Shown here piece by piece: positions 21,686-30,676 of a DNA stretch of 64,000 nucleotides. The first letter of the stretch is position 1. Each line of letters opens with the position of its first letter. The notes below the pieces were generated by a model. It saw only the letters and a list, made by a program, of their open reading frames with translations, did no database searches and was not told the origin of the DNA. The position numbers and the translations under genes were made by a program. The stretch is from Gemmatales bacterium (GTDB lineage: Bacteria; Planctomycetota; Planctomycetia; Gemmatales; HRBIN36). The stretch is taken from contig JBEPZY010000001.1 in NCBI GenBank assembly GCA_041640595.1, forward strand, positions 160,001 through 224,000. The letters are read 5' to 3'.

Positions 21686-22936
21686 TCAGGGCTCTACCCG
21701 TCTCAAAGTATACGTGTGCGTTTGTGGCGAAGCAAGCTGATCAAGGTCAGCATCAGTGTTAGCGAGCAAGCGATCTAACTCGGCAAACTCCGAGGGAAAC
21801 GTAGGATTGCCAGCGTTGCCGCCACCAGGTTTGGAACGCCGACCGTAGATATATTCGCCATTGTGCGCCCGCCAGCGATGGAAGAATAAGAGGTCTTTTT
21901 CGATGACCTTTTGCCGCAACTGGCGAACCTGCTGGTAAGCGGGATCGGCAGTCAAAACCAGGCCCTGCTGCCACTCTTTAGCAGAAGCACGAACAATAGG
22001 CTTACCATCGCACAAAAGTTCATAAGTTCCCCCAGGTAAGCCGGAAATTTGCAAACGGCGATGGGCAGCGTCGTGGTCTGCGTTTTCCGGTGCACCTTCC
22101 GGAGCTGGATTGGGCAAGATAAGATCGCGGGCGGTAAAGCTCAAACCGTCTGCTTTCCAGTTTAGATGCTGCAACTGCGTTCCGTGGGCTGCGAGAAGTT
22201 GTTGCTTCGGGAAATCAAGTATCACCTGCCACCGGAGGGTGAGACCAAGCTGCTCTGCCAGTACTTCACTGAGCCGCCAGTAACCGTAGCGATTCAGGTG
22301 GACACTGTTTTCGGTCAGGGTAGCTGATTTAGCGGTAGTTTGCGGGATGAGGGTATTATAGAGGTCTACGTAAAGGGCTCCGGTCTCGCGGGCAAGCTGA
22401 CGCGTTGCGTCGCTATACAGTCGGGCGTTTTCGTTAAAAGCCGACGGATTGGGAAACGGCGGGCCCAGGTCTTCATGGCGTATCGGTGACAGGATGACTA
22501 TCTTTGCGCCTGTTCGCGCGAGCATTTCCAACTGACGGCGATAAGCTTTTAAGTAAGCCTGCAGCCCAGCCTGACCGTCGTAGGCTTCGTTATTGCCGAA
22601 ACTAACGAGAATGACAGAGGGTTTCTGTGCCTTGAGATGTAGCTCCATGCTTCCGAAGTTTAGAGGACGGAGCTGCACGTGAACGGTGTCACCGGGCCAG
22701 GCCAGGTTGCGAAAACTAAGTTTTCGACCTGGAAAACGCGAGCGAAACATCGTCTCAAGCATGCCATAATGGCGGTCCCTTTCTAATAATGTGTTCCCGT
22801 AATAAACAATCCGGTCGCCATCCTGAAGCTCTAATAGAGCTCTAGAAGCTGGTTTAGCGACCTCCTGAGACTGGATGGAGACGCCAGCCAGGGTCGCTGT
22901 TCCCAGGATAAGCACAGTTCTAAGTATTAGCCGCAT
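21686..22936 (-). CDS. Secreted SGNH/GDSL hydrolase-like protein
   Basis: Signal peptide; degenerate block I (YYGNTL), block III (FGNNE), block V (ENSVHLN). Confidence 0.7.
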   Translation of the reverse strand: MRLILRTVLILGTATLAGVSIQSQEVAKPASRALLELQDGDRIVYYGNTLLERDRHYGMLETMFRSRFPGRKLSFRNLAWPGDTVHVQLRPLNFGSMELHLKAQKPSVILVSFGNNEAYDGQAGLQAYLKAYRRQLEMLARTGAKIVILSPIRHEDLGPPFPNPSAFNENARLYSDATRQLARETGALYVDLYNTLIPQTTAKSATLTENSVHLNRYGYWRLSEVLAEQLGLTLRWQVILDFPKQQLLAAHGTQLQHLNWKADGLSFTARDLILPNPAPEGAPENADHDAAHRRLQISGLPGGTYELLCDGKPIVRASAKEWQQGLVLTADPAYQQVRQLRQKVIEKDLLFFHRWRAHNGEYIYGRRSKPGGGNAGNPTFPSEFAELDRLLANTDADLDQLASPQTHTYTLRRVEP

Positions 22937-23114
22937 GGTAGTGTTGTCCTGTAAAATGACGTCTAAGCCGGGCAGCCTAGCGAATTAGCGAGGGCATGAG
23001 GTTCGGGACAGTCGCTATGCTTAGCGTCCTATCCGGACCAAGGATTTAGTCTGGGTGCGGTGGGCCGCATGGGATGGCATCACTAACTTGCCAATTATAC
23101 GAACTGGGCGGAAT

Positions 23115-25256
23115 ATGGCACAGAGTTTGTGGAAGATTCTAGGTGCGGCAATCCTGGTAGGCCAACTGGTGTGCTTAAATGGCGCCGCAAGGTGGCGCTG
23201 CAGCGCCAGTGCCGCAGCGCTAGCTGGCGGCCAGTCGCGGCAAGATTCACCAAATAATCGGTCGGGAGGAATCGCTGGTAGGATGGGAAAAATATCGAAG
23301 ATGGGGAACGGTGATGGCGAGAGCTCGCCATCTGTGGCAGCTGCAAGCCGACGATGGACGAGCGCCGAAATTAAAGAGTTTGCGGATGGGTTTATGGAGG
23401 AGCGGATGAGTCGCTTTTCCATACCCGGGGCAGGGCTGGCAGTGGTGGCCGACGGCCAGGTGCTGTTCACCGCGAGCTACGGATGGGCGGACCTTGATCG
23501 CCGAGAACCGGTCTCGGTGCAGGAGACGGTCTGGCCCGTGGCATCGGTGAGCAAATTGTTCACAGCGACGGCTGCCATGCGGTTGGTGGAAGAAGGCAAA
23601 CTCGATTTAGACCGGGATTACCGTGATGTGGTGCCAGGGCTGGCCTGTTGCGTGCACGGTCCGGTCACGCTCCGCGGTTTGCTGACCCACACGGCCGGGC
23701 TCGAAGAAGACAATTTCGGCATGGTGAGGCTGGGTGTGGGACCACTGGTGCCGCTGGAAGATTACCTGCGACGGTGCCGATTGCGACAGCGCCGACCTCC
23801 CGGTCAGCGAATCCATTACTGCAACCACGGCATGGTCGTGGTCGGTCGGCTGATCGAATGGGCCAGCGGCGTGCGATACGAAGATTATGTGCGGCAGGCG
23901 ATACTTGAGCCGCTGGGAATGCACCGAAGCGGATTTGCCTGGGACGAGGATTTGCTTTCGCATCTGGCGAAGGGATACGAAGCGGTGGGCAATGGCTGGC
24001 GAGCCATCCCGACTGATACGATTCTGGCCACGCCTTCCGGGGGTTTGAAGGCCAGCGTGGCGGATATGTCGAAGTTTCTCCTGCTGCACACCGGTGATGG
24101 CAGCGTGGGCGGGCGAAGGATTCTGCGGGCGGAAACTTTGGCGACGATGCAGCGGCCTCATTTCCGATTCGCGCCGCAGGCGGCGGGGATGGCTCTGGGT
24201 TTCTGGGAACGGAGGCAGAATGGCCTGGAGGGAGTGGAACATGGCGGGGCGATTCGAGGATACTCCTGCTTACTGACGGTCTGGCCTGCGGAGAGGCTGG
24301 GAGTTTTTGTGATCGCCAACTGTCAGCAGGTGGCTTTTGGCGAGGAGTTCGTAAGCGCATTTCTCGAGCGCTTTTATCCGATAATGGGCCACACGTCCGA
24401 GGATCACAATGAGCCAGCGCGAGCAAAGGGCGACAGCTCGAATCCTCACGGTGAAAGCGTGGCAGACGGCAACGCTGCTGGGGGATCGTCGGGGCACAAG
24501 CTGGCGAAAACGGTCGGCCTCACGGTCGAACCGATGGTGCCGCTCGAACGTTTTGCCGGAACCTACTACCTGGAGCGTTATCGTCCGGAATCGCTGGAGA
24601 AACTGCACGGTTTGTTTGCCGAGTTGGAGGTGCGGTTGTGCGGAGACGGCGAGCTGGAGATGCGGTTTCCGCTCGATACGCTACCGGCCTGGCGAATCCG
24701 ACGGGAGTCGGCGACACTGTTTCGGGAGGTGCGAACAGGTCGGCCCGTGGTGTTTCTGCTGGACGAAGCTGGCTGGCCGGTTCACGTGGCGGTGAATGCG
24801 GTTTTGTGCGGTGAGCGTGCCCGCTGGTACGAGCGTAGCACCACGCATCTGGCGGTGGCAAGTGGTTTACTGATCGGCTGGCTCATCGGGCTGGGCCGCA
24901 CCGTTCGCCATGTCGGAAAATGGCGCCGGAGATCGGAAAATGCATTACAAGAGCGGGGTTGGCAAGTCTGGTATGCGATATATTGCGGAGTGGGATTGGC
25001 GTGGATGCTGGGCCTGGTAGGCGTGTTGGTGGGCGTGGATAGCTGGCGATTTACTTACGGTGTGCCCTGGTGGTTGCGGGCGGGGTTGGCATTGCCGCTT
25101 CTGGGCATGGTTGCCTTTTTCGTAGCCGGCGCGAAACTGTTTCGAGGTTCCGACAAGTCCGCTCGATGGCGTCGCTGGTTGTGGCTGGCAGACACACTGG
25201 TGGTGCTGGTCTGGCTGGTCGAAATTGCTTACTGGCGATTATGGCCGTGGGGCTGA
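23115..25256 (+). CDS. Serine hydrolase (beta-lactamase/PBP class C-like) with C-terminal TM helices
   Basis: SVSK (SxxK), LLTHTAG, YCN (YxN), HGG; start codon uncertain. Confidence 0.85.
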   Translation: MAQSLWKILGAAILVGQLVCLNGAARWRCSASAAALAGGQSRQDSPNNRSGGIAGRMGKISKMGNGDGESSPSVAAASRRWTSAEIKEFADGFMEERMSRFSIPGAGLAVVADGQVLFTASYGWADLDRREPVSVQETVWPVASVSKLFTATAAMRLVEEGKLDLDRDYRDVVPGLACCVHGPVTLRGLLTHTAGLEEDNFGMVRLGVGPLVPLEDYLRRCRLRQRRPPGQRIHYCNHGMVVVGRLIEWASGVRYEDYVRQAILEPLGMHRSGFAWDEDLLSHLAKGYEAVGNGWRAIPTDTILATPSGGLKASVADMSKFLLLHTGDGSVGGRRILRAETLATMQRPHFRFAPQAAGMALGFWERRQNGLEGVEHGGAIRGYSCLLTVWPAERLGVFVIANCQQVAFGEEFVSAFLERFYPIMGHTSEDHNEPARAKGDSSNPHGESVADGNAAGGSSGHKLAKTVGLTVEPMVPLERFAGTYYLERYRPESLEKLHGLFAELEVRLCGDGELEMRFPLDTLPAWRIRRESATLFREVRTGRPVVFLLDEAGWPVHVAVNAVLCGERARWYERSTTHLAVASGLLIGWLIGLGRTVRHVGKWRRRSENALQERGWQVWYAIYCGVGLAWMLGLVGVLVGVDSWRFTYGVPWWLRAGLALPLLGMVAFFVAGAKLFRGSDKSARWRRWLWLADTLVVLVWLVEIAYWRLWPWG

Positions 25257-25328
25257 ATCCGGACTGCTAACGCCGCAGAAAATCGCTATGCTAGCAGTAT
25301 AGCGGGAACTTACGGAGCCGAGGTGAGG

Positions 25329-26495
25329 ATGGTAATTGTAGCGACGCACGTGTGGACACTGGGCGATTGGTGGGTGCTGCTGGGATTCCACGTTCTCATT
25401 GCGTTGATGCTGGCACTGGATCTGGGAGTGTTGCAGCGTCGGCCGCATGTGCCTGGTTTTACGGAGGCGGCTTTATGGAGTCTGGTGTGGATTGTTCTAG
25501 CCCTGGTGTTCGCGGGCGTGATCTGGTGGGGCTATGACTGGTGGCACCCGGAAGCGGATGCGGAAATGTGTCAGGAGAAAGCCATCGAATACCTGACCGG
25601 GTATATCATCGAGAAGGCGCTGTCGGTGGACAATTTGTTCGTGTTTCTGGTGATCTTCCGCTATTTTGCGGTGCCGCCGCATTTGCAGCATCGGGTGCTG
25701 TTCTGGGGAATCGTCGGGGCGATTCTCATGCGAGCCAGTTTGATCCTGGCTGGCTATGTGCTCCTGACGTTGTTCCACTGGATGACTTACCTGTTCGGGT
25801 TGCTGTTGCTGTACACCGGCTGGCGGTTGTTCTGGTCGGTGGAAGAGGAAATCGATCCGGGGCGAAATCCGGTGCTGCGGCTGATGCAACGGATTCTGCC
25901 TATCGAGAAGTCCTACGCCAGCGAACGGTTCTGGGTCAAACGCGAGGGGAAATGGTACGCCACCCCGCTACCGCTGGTGCTCCTGGTGGTAGAAACCACC
26001 GACCTGCTGTTCGCCCTCGATTCCATCCCGGCCATTTTCGCGGTGACTGACGATGTGTTCGTCGTGTACACCTCGAACATATTTGCGATTCTGGGATTGC
26101 GGGCGCTGTATTTTCTACTGGCCGGGTCGCTGTTGCGTTTTCGGTTTTTGAATGAAGGACTGTCGGCGGTGCTGGTGTTCGTCGGGCTGAAGATGCTGTC
26201 GCAGGATGTGCTCAAACATTACGGCTATGAAATTCCGCCCTTGCTTTCGCTGGGTGTGGTGGGTGGCATTCTCGGTGTGGCCGTGGTGGCTTCGTTGCTG
26301 TGGCCAGGAGAAGTACTGCGTCGGCCACCGGAAGCGGCGGCGTTCTTCGAGCCGCCTCCAGAACAGGGAGGCGAAAACCCTGCCGAAACGGAGCCGGCTG
26401 CACAAATGCCGCACGGCGTGCCACCGGTTTCGCCGAACCCATCGCCGGCCTCACCTGCCGCCAGCCCGACAACTCCCCCACCCGCCGACGGCTAA
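25329..26495 (+). CDS. TerC/Alx family integral membrane protein
   Basis: EKALSVDNLFVF, QHRVLFWG, ETTDLLFALDSIPA, TSNIFAILGLRALYF; Pro-rich tail. Confidence 0.92.
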   Translation: MVIVATHVWTLGDWWVLLGFHVLIALMLALDLGVLQRRPHVPGFTEAALWSLVWIVLALVFAGVIWWGYDWWHPEADAEMCQEKAIEYLTGYIIEKALSVDNLFVFLVIFRYFAVPPHLQHRVLFWGIVGAILMRASLILAGYVLLTLFHWMTYLFGLLLLYTGWRLFWSVEEEIDPGRNPVLRLMQRILPIEKSYASERFWVKREGKWYATPLPLVLLVVETTDLLFALDSIPAIFAVTDDVFVVYTSNIFAILGLRALYFLLAGSLLRFRFLNEGLSAVLVFVGLKMLSQDVLKHYGYEIPPLLSLGVVGGILGVAVVASLLWPGEVLRRPPEAAAFFEPPPEQGGENPAETEPAAQMPHGVPPVSPNPSPASPAASPTTPPPADG

Positions 26496-26773
26496 AGCGA
26501 TGGTGCATCAGCCCGCCGTGGGTTTGGTAACGCAATTGCAATTGCGGACGCATTCGTCCAGCGACAGGCGTCAGCCCGCCGCCGGTCGGAAACCACGTCT
26601 GCAACGGCAACGCGCTGGATTTCCGCATTTCGAGTTCGCATACCGAGAACATCCCACGGGGGGCTGACGCCCCCCGCTCTTGGTGCAGTGCGAACGTTTG
26701 CCGGCGAAAAAAACGATTTTTTCGATGCACGAACGCACATTCACAAGAGCGGCGGTGCGTCAGCCCGCCGTGG
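26494..26773. repeat. Cluster of four REP-like palindromic units (about 29 bp) in mixed orientation
   Basis: Units at about 26494 (+, degenerate), about 26560 (+, degenerate), 26653-26682 (-) and 26744-26773 (+); consensus CAAGAG-CGGCGGGC-GTCA-GCCCGCCG-TGG. Confidence 0.85.
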
Positions 26774-26849
26774 TACGGTAAGGTAATTGCAGCGGGGTTT
26801 GCGGACAGGCGAGCGGATGGTCGGCTCGACGGCGAGGCGGGGCCGGTTA

Positions 26850-27182
26850 TCAGCGCCAGCGTTCGTAATAGAAGCCGAAGCCGGGGCCGATATAAACGCC
26901 GGTTGCGGAGCGGTAGTAATAGGTCGTCGGCGGATACCAGGGATCCACGACGATCACAGGAGCCGGTCGCACCACCACAGGCGCATAAGGGTCGTAAACG
27001 ACAACGGGCGAACCCACCACGACAGGTGGCGGAGCGACCACCACGGGAGCCCCGAAGCTGACGGAGAAACCGACTACCGTGCGGGGTCGAAAACGCCAAT
27101 GGTCTGCCTGAGCCGGGCCCGCAATTGCCAGGCTCGCTGCCAGCGCTGCCAATCCCAGCAGGCTTACTTTTGTCCGCAGCAT
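26850..27182 (-). CDS. Small secreted Pro/Val/Tyr-rich hypothetical protein (110 aa)
   Basis: AAGGAGG RBS, signal peptide ending AQA, low-complexity PVVV repeats. Confidence 0.7.
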   Translation of the reverse strand: MLRTKVSLLGLAALAASLAIAGPAQADHWRFRPRTVVGFSVSFGAPVVVAPPPVVVGSPVVVYDPYAPVVVRPAPVIVVDPWYPPTTYYYRSATGVYIGPGFGFYYERWR

Positions 27183-27240
27183 GATTCGCCTCCTTCGGTC
27201 AAGCGGTTCGCATGATGCTTCGCCGTCTTCCACGCCGTCC

Positions 27241-27337
27241 TATTCCCCATCTCTTATTCAGCATTCCCCCGTTCCCAATCCTTACCACCGGCGGCAACTG
27301 GCCACTGGTCACTGACCACCGGCCACTGGTCACTTGC
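27241..27337. repeat. Heptameric short tandem repeats
   Basis: AACTGGC CACTGGT CACTGAC CACCGGC CACTGGT CACTTGC (27296-27337), plus a weaker 7-bp periodic tract TATTCCC/CATTCCC at 27241-27282. Confidence 0.65.
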
Positions 27338-27376
27338 CGCTGCACGGGCGGTTCCGAAAGTAAGACGCCGAGCCAT

Positions 27377-27820
27377 TCAGCAACTTGCGCCTGGTGTGCA
27401 CGACTGGCAGAGATACTCGGCGATTTTTTCCCAGATGGCGTCGCGGACCCGGCGGAAAACGGCCAGGCGTTCCTCTTCGGTACCGACGAAACTGGCGGGG
27501 TCTTCGAATGGCCAGTGCAATCGCTGGAAATCGCCGGGCAGGTACGGGCAATGTTCGCGGGCCTGGTCGCAGACGGTGATGAGCAAATCCAGCCGGTCGG
27601 TTTCAACCTCGTGGATACTCTTGCTGCGCAGTCCAGCGACAGGCACGCCACGTTCCTGGAGCACCTGCACAGTCAGAGGATGGACACCCTTGGGATGCGT
27701 CCCGGCACTGACGACTTCGTACCGATCGCCGGCCAAGTGTCGCCAGATGGCTTCTGCAAGAATGCTGCGGCACGAGTTGCCGGTGCACAGAATAAGCACC
27801 CGCTTTTTCGACGGGGTCAT
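27377..27820 (-). CDS. arsC: Thioredoxin-coupled arsenate reductase / LMW-PTP family
   Basis: CTGNSCRS P-loop, CDxxxxxCP resolving cysteines, HWPFEDP. Confidence 0.88.
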   Translation of the reverse strand: MTPSKKRVLILCTGNSCRSILAEAIWRHLAGDRYEVVSAGTHPKGVHPLTVQVLQERGVPVAGLRSKSIHEVETDRLDLLITVCDQAREHCPYLPGDFQRLHWPFEDPASFVGTEEERLAVFRRVRDAIWEKIAEYLCQSCTPGASC

Positions 27821-27839
27821 GGTGCACCTCAGCCGGCGA

Positions 27840-28607
27840 TTAGCTGATACCGAAAAAGTAATGCAGTACGAATCCGACGAGATAGGCGACCACCGCCGCA
27901 CATCCGCCGACCAGGAACGTTACCGTGGCCGTCCAGTACCAGGGTTCGTGAATGAACTGGCTTTTCATGGCCCCGACGGTGAAAAATGCCAGTCCGGTCA
28001 GAACGCAGGAAATCCAGAATGCGTGGGGAATCGCCATCGGCCAGAATATGCCGACGAAATACGACAGGAGTGGGACAACACCAACTCCGACAAAGGCCAG
28101 AAACGTGGTCACCGCTGCTCGCCACGGAGAGGGACCGGACAATCGCAGCCCTAATTCCTCGGTGAGCATGGTTTGTACCCAGCGCTCCTCGTCGGCGGTG
28201 ATGACCTCGACGATCTGTTCGAGGATTTCGCCGCTGAATCCTTTTTGAGCGAAAAGCTGGCGGACTTCCTCGCGTTCGCCTTCGGGAAAACGGGCGATGT
28301 GCTCGCGTTCGATCTGGCGAGCTTTTTCGAGCTGCAATTGTTCGGTGCGTGTGGCCAGGAAATTGCTGGCGGCCATGCTGAAACCGTCGGCCAGCAGATT
28401 GACCACGCCAAGGATGCAGACGACTCCCGCCGACAGCGAAGCACCCTCGACGCCGGCGACGATGGCGAAGGTGGTAACCGTGCCGTCAATGGCTCCATAG
28501 ACGAAATCGCGCAGATAGCTGTGCGTGGGTCCCAGCGCCAGCCGTTCGCGGATGGCACTCGGCGTGTGTTCCAGTTCGTGCAGTTTCTGTCGCGTTTCCT
28601 GATCCAT
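27840..28607 (-). CDS. VIT1/CCC1 family Fe/Mn transporter
   Basis: DFVYGAIDGTVTTFAIVAG, NLLADGFSMA, PEGEREE, EELG. Confidence 0.92.
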   Translation of the reverse strand: MDQETRQKLHELEHTPSAIRERLALGPTHSYLRDFVYGAIDGTVTTFAIVAGVEGASLSAGVVCILGVVNLLADGFSMAASNFLATRTEQLQLEKARQIEREHIARFPEGEREEVRQLFAQKGFSGEILEQIVEVITADEERWVQTMLTEELGLRLSGPSPWRAAVTTFLAFVGVGVVPLLSYFVGIFWPMAIPHAFWISCVLTGLAFFTVGAMKSQFIHEPWYWTATVTFLVGGCAAVVAYLVGFVLHYFFGIS

Positions 28608-28785
28608 GCCATTATTTTGCGGAAGCAGGGCAGCCCGGCCAATGTCGCAAAACCGGACTGGCACTTTCGGGACGTTATGCTATGGGCACGGGGAAATGTC
28701 GCGGGTGGCGTGTCGGAACACTCCGGCACGCTGCCCAATCCCTGCGGGCGACGCAGGGCCAATTGGCGAATCGCCAGGAGGATTT

Positions 28786-29757
28786 ATGAACCGAATCTGC
28801 CGGTATCTCCGGGCTCAGGAACTTCTCTGGCTGACATGCCTCAGCTGCTGGTTCAGCGTGACGCTGGCGGTTTATGCTCAGACGAACGGAGAAAATCGCA
28901 AGCAGGCCGTGGCTGTGGTCAACGGCGAGGCCATTTCCTGGAATGATTTTCGGGCCGCTCTCGGGCGGATACCACCTCCACCACCGAATTGGCCGGAAGA
29001 ACGCCGCAAAATGCTGGAACGTGAAGTGCTGGCCCTGCTCATTGACGAAACCCTGCTCAAACAATACGCGGCCCGGCATTTTCCCCCGCCCGAACCCGCT
29101 TTGTTGCAGAAACGCCTCGCCGATCTGCAAGCCGCTCTGCAAGCTCGTGGCCAGACGCTGGAAGGTTTCCTGAAAGAGTCGGGCATCACACTGGAAAAAC
29201 TCCGGGAAGAAGTGGCGGCTCTGGAACGGGTACGAGCCTGGGATCAGTGGTTGCGGCAACAGGTCAAGGAAGAGCATTTGCGGGCCTATTACGAAGCCAA
29301 TAAGGAAATGTTCGATGGCGTGGTGATTCGTGCCAGCCATATCGCGTTGCGTGTACCGCCGCAGGCTGACCAGGCCACTCGTCAGAAAATTGCCGCTCAG
29401 TTGCAGGCAGTTCGCCAGGAAATTCTCCAGGGCCTGCCGTTTGCGGAAGCGGCCAAAAAATACTCCCAGGATCCCACCGGCCCGCAGGGTGGCGATCTCG
29501 GTTACTTTCCGCCACGTAGCAACGACAACGATCCCTTTGTGCGAACCGCCAGCCGATTGAAAGTCGGCGAACTCAGCGATGTCGTGCACACCGAATACGG
29601 CTGCCATCTGATCCTGGTCACCGATCGCAAACCAGGCAAGCCGACCACGTTTGAACAGGTCCGCGATACCGTTCTGGATATGTATGTCGAGGAACTCAAA
29701 GCCCAGGTTTTACTCGAGGAACGCAAAAAAGCCAAAATCGAGGTGTACCTCCCCTGA
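28786..29757 (+). CDS. Parvulin-type peptidyl-prolyl isomerase (PrsA/SurA-like), exported
   Basis: Signal peptide, VAVVNGEAI, RASHI, FAEAAKKYSQD, GGDLG, YGCHLI. Confidence 0.9.
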   Translation: MNRICRYLRAQELLWLTCLSCWFSVTLAVYAQTNGENRKQAVAVVNGEAISWNDFRAALGRIPPPPPNWPEERRKMLEREVLALLIDETLLKQYAARHFPPPEPALLQKRLADLQAALQARGQTLEGFLKESGITLEKLREEVAALERVRAWDQWLRQQVKEEHLRAYYEANKEMFDGVVIRASHIALRVPPQADQATRQKIAAQLQAVRQEILQGLPFAEAAKKYSQDPTGPQGGDLGYFPPRSNDNDPFVRTASRLKVGELSDVVHTEYGCHLILVTDRKPGKPTTFEQVRDTVLDMYVEELKAQVLLEERKKAKIEVYLP

Positions 29758-29827
29758 CGCTGGAAACATGGCTGCCAGGCCGGCGAGCGCAGGCCTGAAT
29801 CATTGCAGCGATACAGAGGTTGTCGGC

Positions 29828-30676
29828 TCACAGAGCAGCTACCAGCCGGCGATAGGCCTGCTGCAAACGCCGTGTGATCGGGCCAGGCCGACCGTCGCCG
29901 ACCATTTGCCCGTCCACCCGTACCACCGGCAAAATTTCCGAGGTCGTCCCGGTCAAAAACAATTCCGAGACCCGCGGTAAATCGGCCAGACGCAAAACCT
30001 GTTCCTGCACGGGAATGTCCATTTCGCGGGCCAGCCGCAGCACTAAAGCGCGGGTGATGCCGGGCAGAATGTTCGGCGTGCTGGGAGCCGTCAGCAACTT
30101 TCCCTCCATCACGCCGAAACAGCTTGTCCGCGATCCCTCCAGCAACGTGCCATCGGGTAAATAGAGCAACGCCTCGTAAGCACCGGCTTCTTTAGCGGCC
30201 TGGGCGGCAAGAACGTTCGGCAGTAAATTGGTGCTTTTGATATCGCAACGTTCCCAGCGGAGGTCGGGATGCGTGATCACTGCCACGCCCTGTTGCCGGA
30301 GCGGTTCGTAGTGATCCTCGAAATCCTCGACGTAGAAAAATTCCAGAGGCCGGGCCTGCTCCGGAAACACATGCCGCCGCGTCACATCAGCGCCGCGCGT
30401 AATCTGAATATAGAGGATCGCCTCTTGAAAACCGAACCGGGCGATGAGCTGCAGCACCCGGTGCCGTAAACCATCGAGATCGCTAAACGGCAAGCGAATC
30501 GCCTCCAGACTGCGGCGCAGACGGGCCAGGTGTTCCTCCAATAAAAAAGGCTTGCCGCGATACACGCGGATCACCTCATACACGGAATCGCCGAACAGAA
30601 AACCGCGATCCAGCGCCGCAATCCGCGCCTCTTGCAGTGGGACAATTTCGCCATTGACGGAAGCTATAGCTCGCAT
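29828..30676 (-). CDS. D-amino acid aminotransferase-like (class IV PLP enzyme)
   Basis: DRGFLFGDSVYEV, CDIKSTNLL (PLP Lys), ILPGITR, GTTSE. Confidence 0.88.
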   Translation of the reverse strand: MRAIASVNGEIVPLQEARIAALDRGFLFGDSVYEVIRVYRGKPFLLEEHLARLRRSLEAIRLPFSDLDGLRHRVLQLIARFGFQEAILYIQITRGADVTRRHVFPEQARPLEFFYVEDFEDHYEPLRQQGVAVITHPDLRWERCDIKSTNLLPNVLAAQAAKEAGAYEALLYLPDGTLLEGSRTSCFGVMEGKLLTAPSTPNILPGITRALVLRLAREMDIPVQEQVLRLADLPRVSELFLTGTTSEILPVVRVDGQMVGDGRPGPITRRLQQAYRRLVAAL

